From positions 5,937 to 69,936 of the forward strand of contig QKIQ01000017.1 of assembly GCA_003249555.1 (NCBI GenBank): a stretch of 64,000 bases of DNA, given 5' to 3'. Below, one piece after another: positions 29,089-40,498 of the stretch; position 1 is the stretch's first letter, and each line of letters begins with the position of its first letter. The notes beneath the pieces were generated by a model, which searched no databases, was not told the DNA's origin, and was given only the letters and a program-made list of their open reading frames with translations. The stretch is from Clostridia bacterium. Lineage in GTDB: Bacteria; Bacillota; Clostridia; Christensenellales; SZUA-584. A program made the position numbers and the translations under genes.

Positions 29089-30218
29089 TGGATACACTGG
29101 GTCTCTACATTCATATACCGTTTTGCCTGCGCAAGTGCGCCTACTGTAACTTCGTTTCATATCCGGACAGGTTAGGCGACGCAGACCAATATATTGATGC
29201 ACTCATTGACGAAGCGCGTTTTTATAAGAAACTGCTTCAAAACCGTGTTGTCAACTCTGTGTTTATTGGCGGCGGCACGCCCTCGCTGTTATCTCCCGCA
29301 CAGATGAAAAAGCTGGTTTGCGCACTTCAAGCCATCACGCCATGGAAGAATACGGAAATTACGCTGGAAGCCAATCCTGAAACACTGAACGAAGAAAAGC
29401 TGTCTGCTTTTTCAAAGCTTGGCATTAACCGATTAAGCCTCGGATTGCAAACGCACGAAAACGCGGTTCTTCACGACATCGGACGCGGCCATAAGTGGGA
29501 GACATTTTTGTATGCATTTGAAACAGCCTCACGCTTTTTTAATAACATCAACGCGGATATCATTTTTGGGCTGCCCGGGCAGACGCTTCAAAGCTTTGGG
29601 GAAACGTTAAGTCGGCTTATCCATATTTCTCCGGCGCATATATCCGCATACGCGCTCAAACTCGAAACGGATACGCCACTTTTTAAGCGATACAGCGGCG
29701 TAGATGATGATGCCGACAGAGAAATGTATCATTTGGCAGTCAAAATACTGACTGGAGCGGGATATACGCATTACGAAACATCAAATTTTGCCAAACCCGG
29801 ATTCGAGTGCCGTCACAATTTGAAATACTGGGTTGGGGAAGAGTATCTGGGGCTTGGCGCCGCAGCATTTTCTTTCCTGAAAGAAGACGGCGGGCATCGT
29901 TTTGGTAACGTATCGTCACTGGATGATTATCTCCAATGCGTAATGGAAATGAAGCGTCCTATAAGCGAGAATGTCTATATAACCGGAATGGATCAAATCA
30001 TTGAATACATCATGCTGCACTTAAGACTTAAAAAAGGCATCGATTTTGCAGAATATCAACGCAACTTCGCCAGAGACTTTACATCTGATTTTGGTGAAGC
30101 AATTCATATTACGCAAAATGCTCATTTGATTACAGTTGATTGCAAAGGAATCCGCCCAACATTAAAGGGTTTCGATCTGCAAAATACGTTGATTTGCGAA
30201 TTTATAAAAAATCTGTGA
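29088..30218 (+). CDS. hemW: Radical SAM heme chaperone HemW (coproporphyrinogen III oxidase-like)
   Basis: YIHIPFCLRKCAYCNF (CxxxCxxC), GGGTPS, and the HemN_C-like tail. Confidence 0.9.
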   Translation: MDTLGLYIHIPFCLRKCAYCNFVSYPDRLGDADQYIDALIDEARFYKKLLQNRVVNSVFIGGGTPSLLSPAQMKKLVCALQAITPWKNTEITLEANPETLNEEKLSAFSKLGINRLSLGLQTHENAVLHDIGRGHKWETFLYAFETASRFFNNINADIIFGLPGQTLQSFGETLSRLIHISPAHISAYALKLETDTPLFKRYSGVDDDADREMYHLAVKILTGAGYTHYETSNFAKPGFECRHNLKYWVGEEYLGLGAAAFSFLKEDGGHRFGNVSSLDDYLQCVMEMKRPISENVYITGMDQIIEYIMLHLRLKKGIDFAEYQRNFARDFTSDFGEAIHITQNAHLITVDCKGIRPTLKGFDLQNTLICEFIKNL

Positions 30219-30234
30219 ATATGAATTAGGGCAC

Positions 30235-30263
30235 TTGACTTTGCAGACAATAAGTGCTATTTT
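30235..30263 (+). promoter_or_regulatory. Sigma-A promoter of the hrcA-grpE-dnaK-dnaJ operon
   Basis: TTGACT, 17 nt, TATTTT, with TGC extended -10, 13 nt upstream of CIRCE. Confidence 0.55.
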
Positions 30264-30275
30264 TATACCATGATA

Positions 30276-30302
30276 TTAGCACTCATCTATAACGAGTGCT
30301 AA
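30276..30302 (+). promoter_or_regulatory. CIRCE operator (HrcA binding site)
   Basis: TTAGCACTC-N9-GAGTGCTAA, a perfect match to the CIRCE inverted repeat. Confidence 0.95.
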
Positions 30303-30336
30303 TAAAGAATTGTTCCGATTGAAAGGAGGAAGACCG

Positions 30337-31377
30337 ATGGACTTAAGCGAAAGAAAAATTGGCATACTTAAAGCCGTCATCGATGATTATATCATGACCG
30401 GTCTTCCGATTGGGTCAAGAACGATATCCAAGAAAAGCGGCTTTGAATTAAGTTCAGCCACGATAAGAAACGAGATGGCAGACCTTGAGGAACTTGGTTT
30501 TCTGGAACAGCCGCACACTTCTGCCGGACGAATCCCTTCACAGAGAGCCTATCGTTTTTATGTGGATCGGCTTATGAAGGTTGTCAAGCTGAATTCAGCT
30601 GAGGCAGAGCGGATAAAAGGCTATTTTCAGGATAAGATGAGCGAAGTTAGCCAGGTCATGGAGAAGGCGGCGAAGGTGCTTTCAGATACCACGCATCATA
30701 TATCGATGGTGCTTAGGCCACAGCTAAAAAATTCCATCATCAAGCGCATCCAGATTGTCAAAATTACCGAGAGGAAAGCCATATTGCTTGTGGTGACCGA
30801 CGCCGGGCTTGTGACAGACACCGTCATCGTTGTTCCTGAAGGTATCACGCCAGATTATCTGGAAATGATATCGAACATGTTGACTGAAAAGCTGGAGTCA
30901 AAGACACTGGAACAAGCCGAGAACGACTTAAAAGGCTTTATGTGCGAAACTGTCATAGATGGCAGCGATTTTGTCTCGGATGTCATCAACGCAATAGAAA
31001 CCAGCGTGGAGCCATATGGTGAAAAAGGCATCGTGCTTAGCGGCACGCAGAACATTATCGACTATCCCGATTACATGAGCATTGAAAAAGCCAAAAACTT
31101 TATCTCGGTTCTTGAAACAAAGGATATGCTCTATGAGATGATGAAAAAGGCCACACAGCTCGAGTTTTCTGTAACAATCGGGCAAGAGAACGAAGTAAAA
31201 GAGCTTTTTGACATGAGTATTGTCACCGCGACATACAAAATTGGCGGCAAATCGCTCGGCTCTTTTGGTGTGATTGGCCCGACACGCATGGATTACGGCA
31301 AGGTGATATCCATTCTTGGGTATGTGAGCAACAGCTTAAACAGCATACTGTCAAGTTTTATTGAATCAGATGATTAA
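30337..31377 (+). CDS. hrcA: Heat-inducible transcription repressor HrcA
   Basis: LSERK..ILKA.I.DYI....P.GSRT..K......SSATIRNEMADLEELG.L...HTSAGR.P. ATG 30337 follows AAAGGAGGA. Confidence 0.93.
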   Translation: MDLSERKIGILKAVIDDYIMTGLPIGSRTISKKSGFELSSATIRNEMADLEELGFLEQPHTSAGRIPSQRAYRFYVDRLMKVVKLNSAEAERIKGYFQDKMSEVSQVMEKAAKVLSDTTHHISMVLRPQLKNSIIKRIQIVKITERKAILLVVTDAGLVTDTVIVVPEGITPDYLEMISNMLTEKLESKTLEQAENDLKGFMCETVIDGSDFVSDVINAIETSVEPYGEKGIVLSGTQNIIDYPDYMSIEKAKNFISVLETKDMLYEMMKKATQLEFSVTIGQENEVKELFDMSIVTATYKIGGKSLGSFGVIGPTRMDYGKVISILGYVSNSLNSILSSFIESDD

Positions 31378-31395
31378 AGGAGGGGAAAGCCACGA

Positions 31396-31974
31396 ATGAG
31401 TGACAACGAAAAAGACAATGTGACAAACGACATATTGGAAAATGAAGCACAGGAAATGGCAGAAGAGAAAAAATGCGAAGCCAAAGAAAGCCACAAAAAG
31501 AGCACCAAGGCAGACAAAAAACTTGCTGAAGCATTGAATGAAGCGCTTAAAGAACGCGATGATTTTAAAGATAAGTATCAGCGCACATTCAGCGAATTCA
31601 ATAACTATAAAAAGCGCATGGCAACGACTCGGGCAGACGCATTTAAAGACGGGCAATGCGATACCGTTTCAAAGATATTGCCGGTGCTGGACAACTTTGA
31701 AAGAGCCCTTGAACATATAGAGGGCGGCGAGGACAACGCGCTGGCGCAGGGCTTTGCGATGGTCTATAAGCAGCTGACAGTGGCTGTGGAACAAATGGGC
31801 GTTCAAGAAATGGGCGCGCCGGGAGAGGTTTTTGATCCAAACTACCATCAAGCGATTCAGATGGTGGAGCCGCAAGAAGCAGACGCTTCCGGTACTATCG
31901 CGGGCGTCGCTCAAAAGGGCTACAAGATGGACGACCGGGTCATCCGGCATTGCATGGTCATGGTTAACAAGTAA
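31396..31974 (+). CDS. grpE: Nucleotide exchange factor GrpE
   Basis: Acidic/coiled N-terminus, ..NY.KR........, FDPN.H.A, GY....RV.R...V.V. Confidence 0.93.
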   Translation: MSDNEKDNVTNDILENEAQEMAEEKKCEAKESHKKSTKADKKLAEALNEALKERDDFKDKYQRTFSEFNNYKKRMATTRADAFKDGQCDTVSKILPVLDNFERALEHIEGGEDNALAQGFAMVYKQLTVAVEQMGVQEMGAPGEVFDPNYHQAIQMVEPQEADASGTIAGVAQKGYKMDDRVIRHCMVMVNK

Positions 31975-32007
31975 TATATATTTTCTATACAAGGAGGGAA
32001 ACAGGAT

Positions 32008-33864
32008 ATGGGCAAAATCATAGGAATTGATTTAGGAACGACAAACTCATGCGTGGCTGTGATGGAAGGCGGCGAACCGACTGTTATCGTTAACGCGGAA
32101 GGCAGCAGGACAACACCGTCTGTTGTGGCGTTTTCCAATACGGGCGAAAGATTGGTTGGTAAGGTGGCAAAAAACCAGGCAATCACCAACCCGGACAGAA
32201 CCATCATCTCAATCAAGAGAGACATGGGTACGGACAGAACAGTAAATATTGAAGGAAAGAACTATTCCCCGCAGGAAATCAGCGCGATGATTCTGCAGAA
32301 GCTTAAAAGCGACGCGGAAGCATATCTTGGCGAAAAGGTAACGGACGCTGTTATCACAGTTCCGGCTTACTTCACAGACAGCCAGCGTCAGGCCACGAAG
32401 GACGCAGGCAAAATCGCGGGTCTTAACGTTCAGCGTATCATCAATGAACCGACGGCAGCTTCGCTTGCATACGGCGTTGATAAAGAAGAAGAGCAAAAAA
32501 TACTCGTGTTTGACCTTGGCGGCGGTACTTTTGACGTATCCATACTTGAGATCGGTGACGGCGTGTTCGAAGTGCTCGCGACCAACGGCAACAACCGTTT
32601 GGGCGGTGACGACTTTGACCAAAAGGTGATGGATCATATCGTGGCCGAGTTTAAGAAAACACAGGGCATCGACTTATCTAAGGATAAAATGGCAATGCAG
32701 CGCATTAAGGAAGCTTCTGAAAAAGCAAAGGTTGAGCTTTCCGGCGTATTGCAAACCAGCATAAATCTGCCTTTTATTACAGCGGACGCTTCCGGACCAA
32801 AGCATTTGGATATGACCATCACACGCGCAAAGTTCAACGAACTCACTGCAGACCTTGTTGAGCAGACGGCTGTTCCCACGCGAAAGGCGCTGCAGGACGC
32901 AGGTATTTCAGCCTCAGACCTTTCAAAGGTTATCCTCGTCGGCGGCTCTACTCGTATTCCCGCTGTGCAGGATAAGGTTAAGGAGATCACAAGCAAGGAG
33001 CCATATAAGGGTATTAACCCGGACGAGTGTGTCGCAGTCGGCGCAGCCATTCAGGCGGGCGTTATTGGCGGAGAAGTGAACGACATCGTTCTTCTCGACG
33101 TCACACCGCTTTCACTTGGTATTGAGACATTGGGCGGCGTGTTCACAAAGCTTATCGACAGAAACACGACTATTCCCACGAAGAAGAGCCAGGTGTTCTC
33201 GACAGCCGCAGACGGTCAGACAAGCGTGGAAATTCATGTGCTTCAAGGCGAAAGAGAGATGGCGTCGCATAACAAGACGCTCGGCCGCTTTAATCTGACG
33301 GGAATTCCGCCGGCACCCAGAGGCGTTCCTCAGGTGGAAGTCACATTCGATATCGACGCTAACGGTATCGTTCACGTATCTGCGAAAGATTTGGGTACAG
33401 GAAACGAACAGAAGGTAACCATCACAGCATCGACAAATATGTCCAAGGAAGATATCGACAAAGCGGTGAAGGATGCTGAGCAGTTTGCCGAAGATGACAA
33501 AAAGGAAAAAGAAAAGGTCGAGATCAGAAATAACGCCGACAGTCTTGTGTTCCAGACAGAAAAGACGATCAAAGATCTTGGAGATAAGGTTGGCAGCGAA
33601 GATAAAGGCAAGATAGAAGCTGAAGTATCAAACGTGAAGAGTGCGCTTGCAGGCACGGATATAGACGCCATCAAAGCAGCCACCGAAAAGCTATCGCAGG
33701 TGTCTTATGACGTATTCGGCAAGATTTATCAGCAGGCCAACGCACAGGCCAATGCAGCCGGTGCACAAAACGGTCCTCAGGACGGCGCTGAACAGGCACC
33801 ACTGGATGACAATGTTGTCGACGCAGATTATGAAGTCGTTGACGACGAGAAGAAAGACAAATAA
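32008..33864 (+). CDS. dnaK: Molecular chaperone DnaK (Hsp70)
   Basis: [35 protein letters not shown]. Confidence 0.98.
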   Translation: MGKIIGIDLGTTNSCVAVMEGGEPTVIVNAEGSRTTPSVVAFSNTGERLVGKVAKNQAITNPDRTIISIKRDMGTDRTVNIEGKNYSPQEISAMILQKLKSDAEAYLGEKVTDAVITVPAYFTDSQRQATKDAGKIAGLNVQRIINEPTAASLAYGVDKEEEQKILVFDLGGGTFDVSILEIGDGVFEVLATNGNNRLGGDDFDQKVMDHIVAEFKKTQGIDLSKDKMAMQRIKEASEKAKVELSGVLQTSINLPFITADASGPKHLDMTITRAKFNELTADLVEQTAVPTRKALQDAGISASDLSKVILVGGSTRIPAVQDKVKEITSKEPYKGINPDECVAVGAAIQAGVIGGEVNDIVLLDVTPLSLGIETLGGVFTKLIDRNTTIPTKKSQVFSTAADGQTSVEIHVLQGEREMASHNKTLGRFNLTGIPPAPRGVPQVEVTFDIDANGIVHVSAKDLGTGNEQKVTITASTNMSKEDIDKAVKDAEQFAEDDKKEKEKVEIRNNADSLVFQTEKTIKDLGDKVGSEDKGKIEAEVSNVKSALAGTDIDAIKAATEKLSQVSYDVFGKIYQQANAQANAAGAQNGPQDGAEQAPLDDNVVDADYEVVDDEKKDK

Positions 33865-33893
33865 AATCATATACATATGATATAGCCGGTAAA

Positions 33894-33924
33894 GCCAGAG
33901 CGTAATAAGGCGCTTTGGCTTTTC
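33894..33924 (+). terminator. Intercistronic hairpin with T tract between dnaK and dnaJ (partial terminator)
   Basis: GCCAGAGCG / CGCTTTGGC stem (one G-U pair) followed by TTTTC. Confidence 0.5.
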
Positions 33925-33960
33925 GGGCGTCTATTACTATAATTTAGGCGGTGCTTAATT

Positions 33961-35073
33961 TTGGCTGATAAAAGAGATTACTACGAAATTCTGGGCGTAA
34001 ATAAAAACGCCACGAACGATGAAATAAAAAAAGCATATAGAAAGCTGGCCAAGCAATATCATCCGGACGTGAACGCAGACAAAGATTCTGCGTCGGATAA
34101 ATTTAAAGAAGCCAGCGAAGCATACAGCGTACTCAGCGATGACCAGAAACGCAAAAAATATGACACATATGGCCATGCGGCCTTTGACCAAACCGGCGGA
34201 GCTGGCGGTTTTGGCGGATTCGGCGGTTTTGACGATTTCATGGGTGGTTTTGGTGATATATTTGATTCGTTTTTTGGCGGCGGGCGCTCAACGCGACGCA
34301 ACGGGCCTGTGCGCGGTGCCGATTTGCGCATGGAACTTCGCATCACCTTTGAAGAAGCCGCTTTTGGCGTCACCAAAGACATACGGCTTAATAAAGACGA
34401 GGCTTGCTCAGAATGCAGCGGTACCGGCGCAAAGAAAGGCACTTCTCCTCAGAACTGCTCGGCGTGCGGGGGGACAGGACAAATACGGCAGCAGAGAAAC
34501 ACGGCTTTTGGCAGCTTTGTCAATGTTGTGGATTGCCCGGAATGCGGCGGACGCGGCAGCATCATCAAGGAACCCTGTCCGAACTGCGGCGGACGCGGAA
34601 TTTTAACAAAACAAAAAACAATAAGCGTGGATATTCCGGCAGGCATCGATAACGGCCAGATATTGACGATGCGGGGCGTTGGAGCAGCGGGGCAGCGCGG
34701 AGGCCCTTCGGGTGATCTTCAAATATATATTTACGTACAGCCCCATAAGCAATTCACGCGTGAGGGATACGATCTATATATTGATATACCTGTATCATTT
34801 GTGGATGCGGCGCTGGGCATTGATCTGACAATACCGACACTTGATGGCAAAGCCAAGCTCAAGATGGGTGAAGGGACGCAGACGGGGACTGTTTTCCGTC
34901 TTAAGGATAAGGGGATCACACATCTACATTCGTCACGTAAAGGCAGCCTATATGTAAAGGTGAATGTGGAAGTGCCAAAGAAGCTCAGCGAGAAGCAAAA
35001 AGCATTGCTTCGCGAATTTGATACCCTGTCACATAAGCAAAAAAGTTTTTTTGAAAGAGTTAAGGGAGAATGA
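33961..35073 (+). CDS. dnaJ: Co-chaperone DnaJ
   Basis: J domain (RDYYEILGV...YHPD), a G/F-rich linker, and four CxxCxG zinc-finger repeats. TTG start. Confidence 0.95.
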   Translation: MADKRDYYEILGVNKNATNDEIKKAYRKLAKQYHPDVNADKDSASDKFKEASEAYSVLSDDQKRKKYDTYGHAAFDQTGGAGGFGGFGGFDDFMGGFGDIFDSFFGGGRSTRRNGPVRGADLRMELRITFEEAAFGVTKDIRLNKDEACSECSGTGAKKGTSPQNCSACGGTGQIRQQRNTAFGSFVNVVDCPECGGRGSIIKEPCPNCGGRGILTKQKTISVDIPAGIDNGQILTMRGVGAAGQRGGPSGDLQIYIYVQPHKQFTREGYDLYIDIPVSFVDAALGIDLTIPTLDGKAKLKMGEGTQTGTVFRLKDKGITHLHSSRKGSLYVKVNVEVPKKLSEKQKALLREFDTLSHKQKSFFERVKGE

Positions 35074-35981
35074 ACTGGAAACAAATTTGTATTCACACAA
35101 CCGAAGAGGCTTCCGATATCGTATCGTCCATTTTGATGGATGCCGGAGCCACGGGTGTGGAAATGGAAGGCGGCAGCGTTCCTGTTGCAGAGAGGGATGA
35201 ATATATCGCCCAGCCTCAGGAGAATAATGAAGGAATCATTGTCAAGGCTTACTATGGTGAAGACGGATTCGATGACACGCTGTTGTATGTTCAAAGCCGT
35301 CTGAACGAGCTCAAAGAAGCGCAAGACATGGGTTCCCTTTGTGTCTCTGTGAACACAGTCGCAGACACAGATTGGAATGAAAATTTTAAAAAGCATTTTA
35401 AAGCCTTCCGAGCGGCAGGCTGCTTTGTTGTTAAACCGACATGGCAGGATTATCCATGCGAAAACGGTGACATTGTGATCGAAATTGACCCGGGTATGGC
35501 TTTTGGTTCGGGTGCGCATGAAACCACACGTATGTGTCTTGAGTTGCTGCAAAAGTACATGCCAGGCAAGGCGGCTGTCCTCGATGTGGGATGCGGCTCG
35601 GGTATTCTCGGTATCGGCGCAGCAAAGCTAGGCGCTAAAAGAGTGCTTGCGCTTGATAACGACAACGTCAGCGTGGGGGTGGCTCAGGCCAATGCACAAT
35701 CCAACGGTGCTGATGTCATGGAGGTGCGTCAGTCGGATCTGCTTTTAAATGCGGGTAACGAAAAATATGATATCATCCTTGCAAATATTATCGCGGATAT
35801 TGTGATTCGTCTGAACCAAAACGCCAGGAAATACTTGCTTAACGACGGCGTTTATATCATGTCGGGTATTATCGACGAGAGAGAAAATGATGTGTTAGGT
35901 TCTCTTGAGAAAAACGGATTTGAAATTATCGAGACCTTAAGCATGGCGGATTGGCGTGCTTTTGCCGCGAGGAAACGCTGA
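35070..35981 (+). CDS. prmA: Ribosomal protein L11 methyltransferase
   Basis: W..I...T..EA......L...[28 protein letters not shown]. Confidence 0.9.
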   Translation: MNWKQICIHTTEEASDIVSSILMDAGATGVEMEGGSVPVAERDEYIAQPQENNEGIIVKAYYGEDGFDDTLLYVQSRLNELKEAQDMGSLCVSVNTVADTDWNENFKKHFKAFRAAGCFVVKPTWQDYPCENGDIVIEIDPGMAFGSGAHETTRMCLELLQKYMPGKAAVLDVGCGSGILGIGAAKLGAKRVLALDNDNVSVGVAQANAQSNGADVMEVRQSDLLLNAGNEKYDIILANIIADIVIRLNQNARKYLLNDGVYIMSGIIDERENDVLGSLEKNGFEIIETLSMADWRAFAARKR

Positions 35982-36697
35982 TGCATAGGTTTTATACCGA
36001 GCCTAAAAATGTGCATGAAAAAAGCTTAGCAGTCATCGGAGATGAAGCCAAGCATATGAAAAACGTACTTCGTATGCAAGCAGACGATACATTTATCGCA
36101 TTTGATGGATCAGGCATCGATTACACCTGCCGTATTTTGCATGTCGGTACACAAATCGACGCACAGATACTCTCAAAAAACCACAATGAAGCGGAATCCA
36201 ATATTAAAGTGACATTGTATCAGGCATATCCCAAGTCTGCAAAAATGGAAGAGATTGTTCAAAAGGCCGTTGAGCTTGGTTCATTCCGAGTGGTTCCTTT
36301 CATATCGCAGCGGTGCGTCAAACGGCCCGAAGATTCATCAAGACTGAGGCGCGTGGCAATGGCCGCTGTCAAGCAATGCGGCAGAAGCGTACTTCCGCAT
36401 GTTGACGATGTTTTAAAGTTTGAGGACGCTCTTTTTCTTATGAAAAAGCATGAAAAGCTTATTGTTTGCTGGGAAGAAGAGCGCGACACAACGCTTAAGT
36501 CAGCACTTTTGTGTGAAGCGCAGGATATCGGTGTCGTGATTGGGCCGGAGGGCGGTCTTGAAGCCGCAGAGGTTGACCAAATGCGTGAAGCAGGAGGCGT
36601 ATCAGTGACTCTCGGACCACGCATTATGCGAACAGAAACAGCAGGTATTGCAGTTATGGCGGCCATTTTTTATGAGAAGGGACAAATGAAGCTGTGA
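35981..36697 (+). CDS. rsmE: 16S rRNA (uracil1498-N3)-methyltransferase
   Basis: MHRFY......H...VLR, AV.QCGR..LP, IGPEGG....E, LGPRI.R.ETA. TGATG overlap with prmA. Confidence 0.88.
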   Translation: MHRFYTEPKNVHEKSLAVIGDEAKHMKNVLRMQADDTFIAFDGSGIDYTCRILHVGTQIDAQILSKNHNEAESNIKVTLYQAYPKSAKMEEIVQKAVELGSFRVVPFISQRCVKRPEDSSRLRRVAMAAVKQCGRSVLPHVDDVLKFEDALFLMKKHEKLIVCWEEERDTTLKSALLCEAQDIGVVIGPEGGLEAAEVDQMREAGGVSVTLGPRIMRTETAGIAVMAAIFYEKGQMKL

Positions 36698-37956
36698 AAA
36701 GAGTGGCTTTTTATACATTAGGCTGCAAGGTTAACACTTATGATACAACATTTATGCAATCTCTTTTTGAACAAAACGGTTACGTAACTGTGGATTTTGA
36801 GCGAAAAGCAGATATTGTGGTCATAAATACCTGCACAGTTACAGCAATGGCGGACAAGAAATCACGTGCGGCGATACGGCGTGCCGCGAAAACCGGTCAT
36901 GTGATTGTTGCGGGTTGTCTTGCGCAGCGCGCCGCCTGTGAACTGCTTGAGATGGAAGGCGTCAGCGCCGTGATCGGAACGGATGAGCGCGGAAAAATCG
37001 TTGAAGTTGCTGATCAGTTGCTAAATGGCGCGGTTGCTGTAAATCTCACGCATGAACTCAAAGGCTGCGGTTTTGAGCCGATGCATGTGACTTCTTCGGG
37101 AGAACGAACACGCGGCGTGTTAAAAATCCAGGAGGGATGCGATTGCTTTTGCAGCTATTGTATTATTCCCTATGTTCGCGGGAGGTCGCGCAGTCGTGAA
37201 TTTGATGATATACTGTACGAAGCAGTCGAGATGGCCAAGAGTGGTATAAACGAAATCGTTCTCACCGGTATACATCTCGCGTCATACCGCGACGGTGAAA
37301 GAGGTCTTGGCGATTTGATTCGCGCTTTAGATAAATGCGATATACGTTTGCGTCTTGGCTCAATCGAGCCGGGTGTGTTGGACGAAGATTTTATAAAAAT
37401 GGCCTCTTTAACAAAAAATCTCTGTCCACATTTTCATTTGTCGCTGCAAAGCGGATCGGCGGATGTGCTGAATCGTATGAACAGACCTTATACACCGGAT
37501 GAATATATGGGGTTTGTATCAATGCTTCGCCGCTATTTTGATAAACCAGCCATCACGACGGATGTCATTGCGGGCTTTCCTGCAGAAACAGCAGCCGAGC
37601 ATAATGAAACGCTGGAATTTGTGAAAAAGGCTGCATTTTCGCGCATTCATGTGTTCCCGTTCTCAGCAAGAGAAGGCACACGCGCGTTTTCTATGACACC
37701 GCGCGTGCCCAAGGCAGTTGCCAAGCAGCGTGCGGCGGAATTAATACAACTCGGCGAGGCACTCGAGGAACGCTATATCGAAAGCATGGTTGGTCATGAA
37801 GCACAGGTGCTTTTCGAAGAACCTTCCGAAATATTTGAGAATTGCTTGGAAGGATACTCAGAACGTTATATTCGCGTGGCGTCGCAGGCAAATCGAAACG
37901 AACTCAAAACAGTCTGTCTCATCCAAAAAAATCAAAAGACTGTATTGGGTATATAA
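36694..37956 (+). CDS. mtaB: tRNA (N6-threonylcarbamoyladenosine37-C2)-methylthiotransferase MtaB
   Basis: MTTase N-terminus (TLGCKVN.YD), radical SAM CDCFCSYC, and a TRAM-like C-terminus. GTG start overlaps the rsmE stop. Confidence 0.88.
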   Translation: MKRVAFYTLGCKVNTYDTTFMQSLFEQNGYVTVDFERKADIVVINTCTVTAMADKKSRAAIRRAAKTGHVIVAGCLAQRAACELLEMEGVSAVIGTDERGKIVEVADQLLNGAVAVNLTHELKGCGFEPMHVTSSGERTRGVLKIQEGCDCFCSYCIIPYVRGRSRSREFDDILYEAVEMAKSGINEIVLTGIHLASYRDGERGLGDLIRALDKCDIRLRLGSIEPGVLDEDFIKMASLTKNLCPHFHLSLQSGSADVLNRMNRPYTPDEYMGFVSMLRRYFDKPAITTDVIAGFPAETAAEHNETLEFVKKAAFSRIHVFPFSAREGTRAFSMTPRVPKAVAKQRAAELIQLGEALEERYIESMVGHEAQVLFEEPSEIFENCLEGYSERYIRVASQANRNELKTVCLIQKNQKTVLGI

Positions 37957-37966
37957 GGAGGTTTTC

Positions 37967-38308
37967 ATGAACGACTGTTTGTTTTGCAAAATCGTTAAGG
38001 GGGAGATTCCATCCTCCAAAGTCTATGAGGACGATAAGGTGCTCGCTTTTCATGATATTGATAAAAAGGCGCCCGTCCACGTGCTTATTATACCTAAGAA
38101 GCACGTCGATTCCATAGCGGCGCTCGAAGCCACAGATTTTGATACGGTTGCCCATATTATGCGCGTGGCTCAAAAGCTAGCTGAAGAACTCGGGCTGAGT
38201 GACGGCTTTCGTTTGGTTGCCAACACAGGAAAAGACGGGGGACAAACCGTCAATCATCTGCATTTTCATCTTCTTGGCGGGCGCTCACTTGGCTGGCCTC
38301 CGGGTTAA
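37967..38308 (+). CDS. HIT-family (histidine triad) nucleotide-binding protein
   Basis: CLFCKI..GEIPS.KVYED and HLHFHLLGG. ATG 37967 follows AAGGAGG. The ORF-track start 37790 overlaps mtaB. Confidence 0.9.
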   Translation: MNDCLFCKIVKGEIPSSKVYEDDKVLAFHDIDKKAPVHVLIIPKKHVDSIAALEATDFDTVAHIMRVAQKLAEELGLSDGFRLVANTGKDGGQTVNHLHFHLLGGRSLGWPPG

Positions 38309-38379
38309 CATTGTTTATAGCATAAATAAACAATACATAGTATAATATCTTGGCAATGGATATAACTGGAGGATATTGA

Positions 38380-39255
38380 ATGAAAATTAAAAAAGCGGTC
38401 ATACCTGCAGCCGGCCTTGGCACGCGGTTTTTACCCGCAACAAAAGCACAGCCAAAAGAAATGCTGCCGATCGTCGACAAACCGACGATTCAATATATCG
38501 TAGAGGAAGCAATCAACGCAGGCATCGAAAGCATCTTGATCATCACGGGACGCGGCAAACGCAATATTGAAGACCATTTTGACAAATCATATGAGCTGGA
38601 ATCAGAACTCAAAAGAAAAGGTAACACGTCACTGCTAAGCATGGTCGAGGATATTTCTCAGCTTATCAATGTTTTTTATGTTCGACAGAAGGAAGCAAAG
38701 GGGTTGGGACATGCCATCGGCTGCGCGCGAGATTTTGTGGGCAATGAGCCCTTCGCCGTGCTGCTGGGCGACGATGTTGTGGTGTCTAAACAGCCTGCTA
38801 TCGGACAACTAATAGACGTTTATGAGAAAAAGAACGCATCGGTACTGGGGGTTCAGCGCATAGACAATACTGATGTGGATAAATACGGTATCATTGATCC
38901 TGCAAATGATATTAACGGCGGCCGGCTTCATGAGGTCAAAAACCTTGTGGAAAAGCCTGCGGCAGATAATGCACCTTCCAATCTTGCAATACTTGGACGT
39001 TATATTATCACACCTGAAATCTTTGATATATTGGCTGTTCAGCAGCCGGGTGTTAAAGGCGAAATACAGCTTACAGACGCGTTGAAAACACTGTCGCATT
39101 CACAGGGCATGTATGCATATGAGTTTGAAGGCAAACGCTATGATGTAGGTGATAAGCTAGGTTTTTTAAAAGCGACAGTGGAATTTGCATTAACCCGTGA
39201 AGACTTAAGCCAAAGCTTTGGTGCTTACTTGAAAAACGTTGTAAAGGATTTGTAA
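38380..39255 (+). CDS. galU: UTP--glucose-1-phosphate uridylyltransferase
   Basis: [34 protein letters not shown], and VEKP. Confidence 0.92.
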   Translation: MKIKKAVIPAAGLGTRFLPATKAQPKEMLPIVDKPTIQYIVEEAINAGIESILIITGRGKRNIEDHFDKSYELESELKRKGNTSLLSMVEDISQLINVFYVRQKEAKGLGHAIGCARDFVGNEPFAVLLGDDVVVSKQPAIGQLIDVYEKKNASVLGVQRIDNTDVDKYGIIDPANDINGGRLHEVKNLVEKPAADNAPSNLAILGRYIITPEIFDILAVQQPGVKGEIQLTDALKTLSHSQGMYAYEFEGKRYDVGDKLGFLKATVEFALTREDLSQSFGAYLKNVVKDL

Positions 39256-39256
39256 T

Positions 39257-40498
39257 ATGAGTGAAATTAAAGATATCAAATTGGCACCCGCAGGCGAGCT
39301 CAAGATTGAGTGGGTTAAAAAGCACATGCCCGTTCTTTCGTTTCTTGAAAAACGTTTCGAGGCTGAAAAGCCATTTAAAGATGTAAAGGTGTCGCTTTCT
39401 GTGCATCTGGAAGCAAAAACAGCATATCTTTGCCGCGTGCTTAAAAGCGGAGGCGCATTAATGTCTGTGACGGGCTCAAACCCGCTTTCCACTCAAGACG
39501 ATGTGGCCGCGGCACTGGTCAGCGGCGGCATTGATGTGTACGCTTGGCACGCTGCCACAGCGCAGGAATATGAAAGACACATCTCGATGACGCTTCATCA
39601 CAATCCTCACATCGTTATTGATGACGGTGCGGATTTGTCGGAAGCGCTTCATACTAGAGATAAGGACAAAGCCTGCGATGTCATCGGCGCATGTGAAGAG
39701 ACAACGACAGGGCTGCTTCGTTACAGAGCGCGCGAAAAGAACAAGTCTCTGATGTTTCCGGTTGTTGCTGTGAACGATGCGGACTGTAAGCATCTTTTCG
39801 ATAACCGTTACGGTACAGGGCAATCTGTATGGGATGGCATCATGCGCACCACAAACCTTGTGGTTGCAGGCAAAGTCGTGGTTGTCGCGGGCTACGGCTG
39901 GTGCGGCAAAGGCATTGCGCTTAGAGCCAAAGGTCTTGGCGCTCGCGTCATTGTCACGGAGATTGACCCAATCCGTTCAATGGAAGCGGCAATGGACGGA
40001 TATGATGTGATGCCAATGGATGACGCCGCCGGACTTGGTGACATATTTGTCACCGTGACAGGTTGTAACGATGTGATTCGTAAACAGCATTTCAACAAAA
40101 TGAAGAATGGAGCCATTCTTTCCAACGCTGGCCATTTCAACGTAGAAATCAACTTGCCAGAGTTGGAATCGCTGTCAAAGTGTACCCATATGGCTCGACA
40201 TAACATCATGGCTTATGATCTGGGCGGGAAAATGATATACCTGCTCGCTGAGGGACGCCTCGTTAATCTTGCTTCGGGTGACGGACATCCGGCAGAGATT
40301 ATGGACTTAAGCTTTGCCATACAAGCGTTGTCGCTAAACTATCTTGTTCAAAACAAGGGTAAGCTTGAGAATAAGGTTTTCAGTGTACCGCGGGATATCG
40401 ATATAGAGGTTGCGGAATTAAAACTCAAAGCAATGGATATCAGCATTGATTCTTTGAGCGACGAACAACGCGCTTATATGTATGGAGAAACAATATGA
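39257..40498 (+). CDS. ahcY: Adenosylhomocysteinase-family hydrolase (short, about 410 aa type)
   Basis: G..KIEW......PVL, EETTTG, DN.YG.G.S, NAD site VVVAGYGWCGKGIA, GHFN.EI. Confidence 0.9.
   Translation: MSEIKDIKLAPAGELKIEWVKKHMPVLSFLEKRFEAEKPFKDVKVSLSVHLEAKTAYLCRVLKSGGALMSVTGSNPLSTQDDVAAALVSGGIDVYAWHAATAQEYERHISMTLHHNPHIVIDDGADLSEALHTRDKDKACDVIGACEETTTGLLRYRAREKNKSLMFPVVAVNDADCKHLFDNRYGTGQSVWDGIMRTTNLVVAGKVVVVAGYGWCGKGIALRAKGLGARVIVTEIDPIRSMEAAMDGYDVMPMDDAAGLGDIFVTVTGCNDVIRKQHFNKMKNGAILSNAGHFNVEINLPELESLSKCTHMARHNIMAYDLGGKMIYLLAEGRLVNLASGDGHPAEIMDLSFAIQALSLNYLVQNKGKLENKVFSVPRDIDIEVAELKLKAMDISIDSLSDEQRAYMYGETI

Noticed and set aside
34731-35552. 273-aa ORF on the minus strand spanning the dnaJ/prmA junction
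   Set aside because: It lies entirely antisense to two high-confidence genes. The sequence is Cys/Arg/Ser/Phe-rich and low-complexity with no recognisable motifs and no RBS. It is a typical shadow ORF.
38311-38333. AT-rich inverted repeat TTGTTTAT-N7-ATAAACAA after the HIT gene
   Set aside because: The all-A/T stem is very weak and no T tract follows. It cannot be called a terminator or an operator on sequence alone.
38356-38379. 7-codon uORF (MDITGGY) ending immediately before the galU ATG
   Set aside because: It has no Shine-Dalgarno of its own. Its GGAGGA codons are simply the galU RBS, so it is most likely coincidental.
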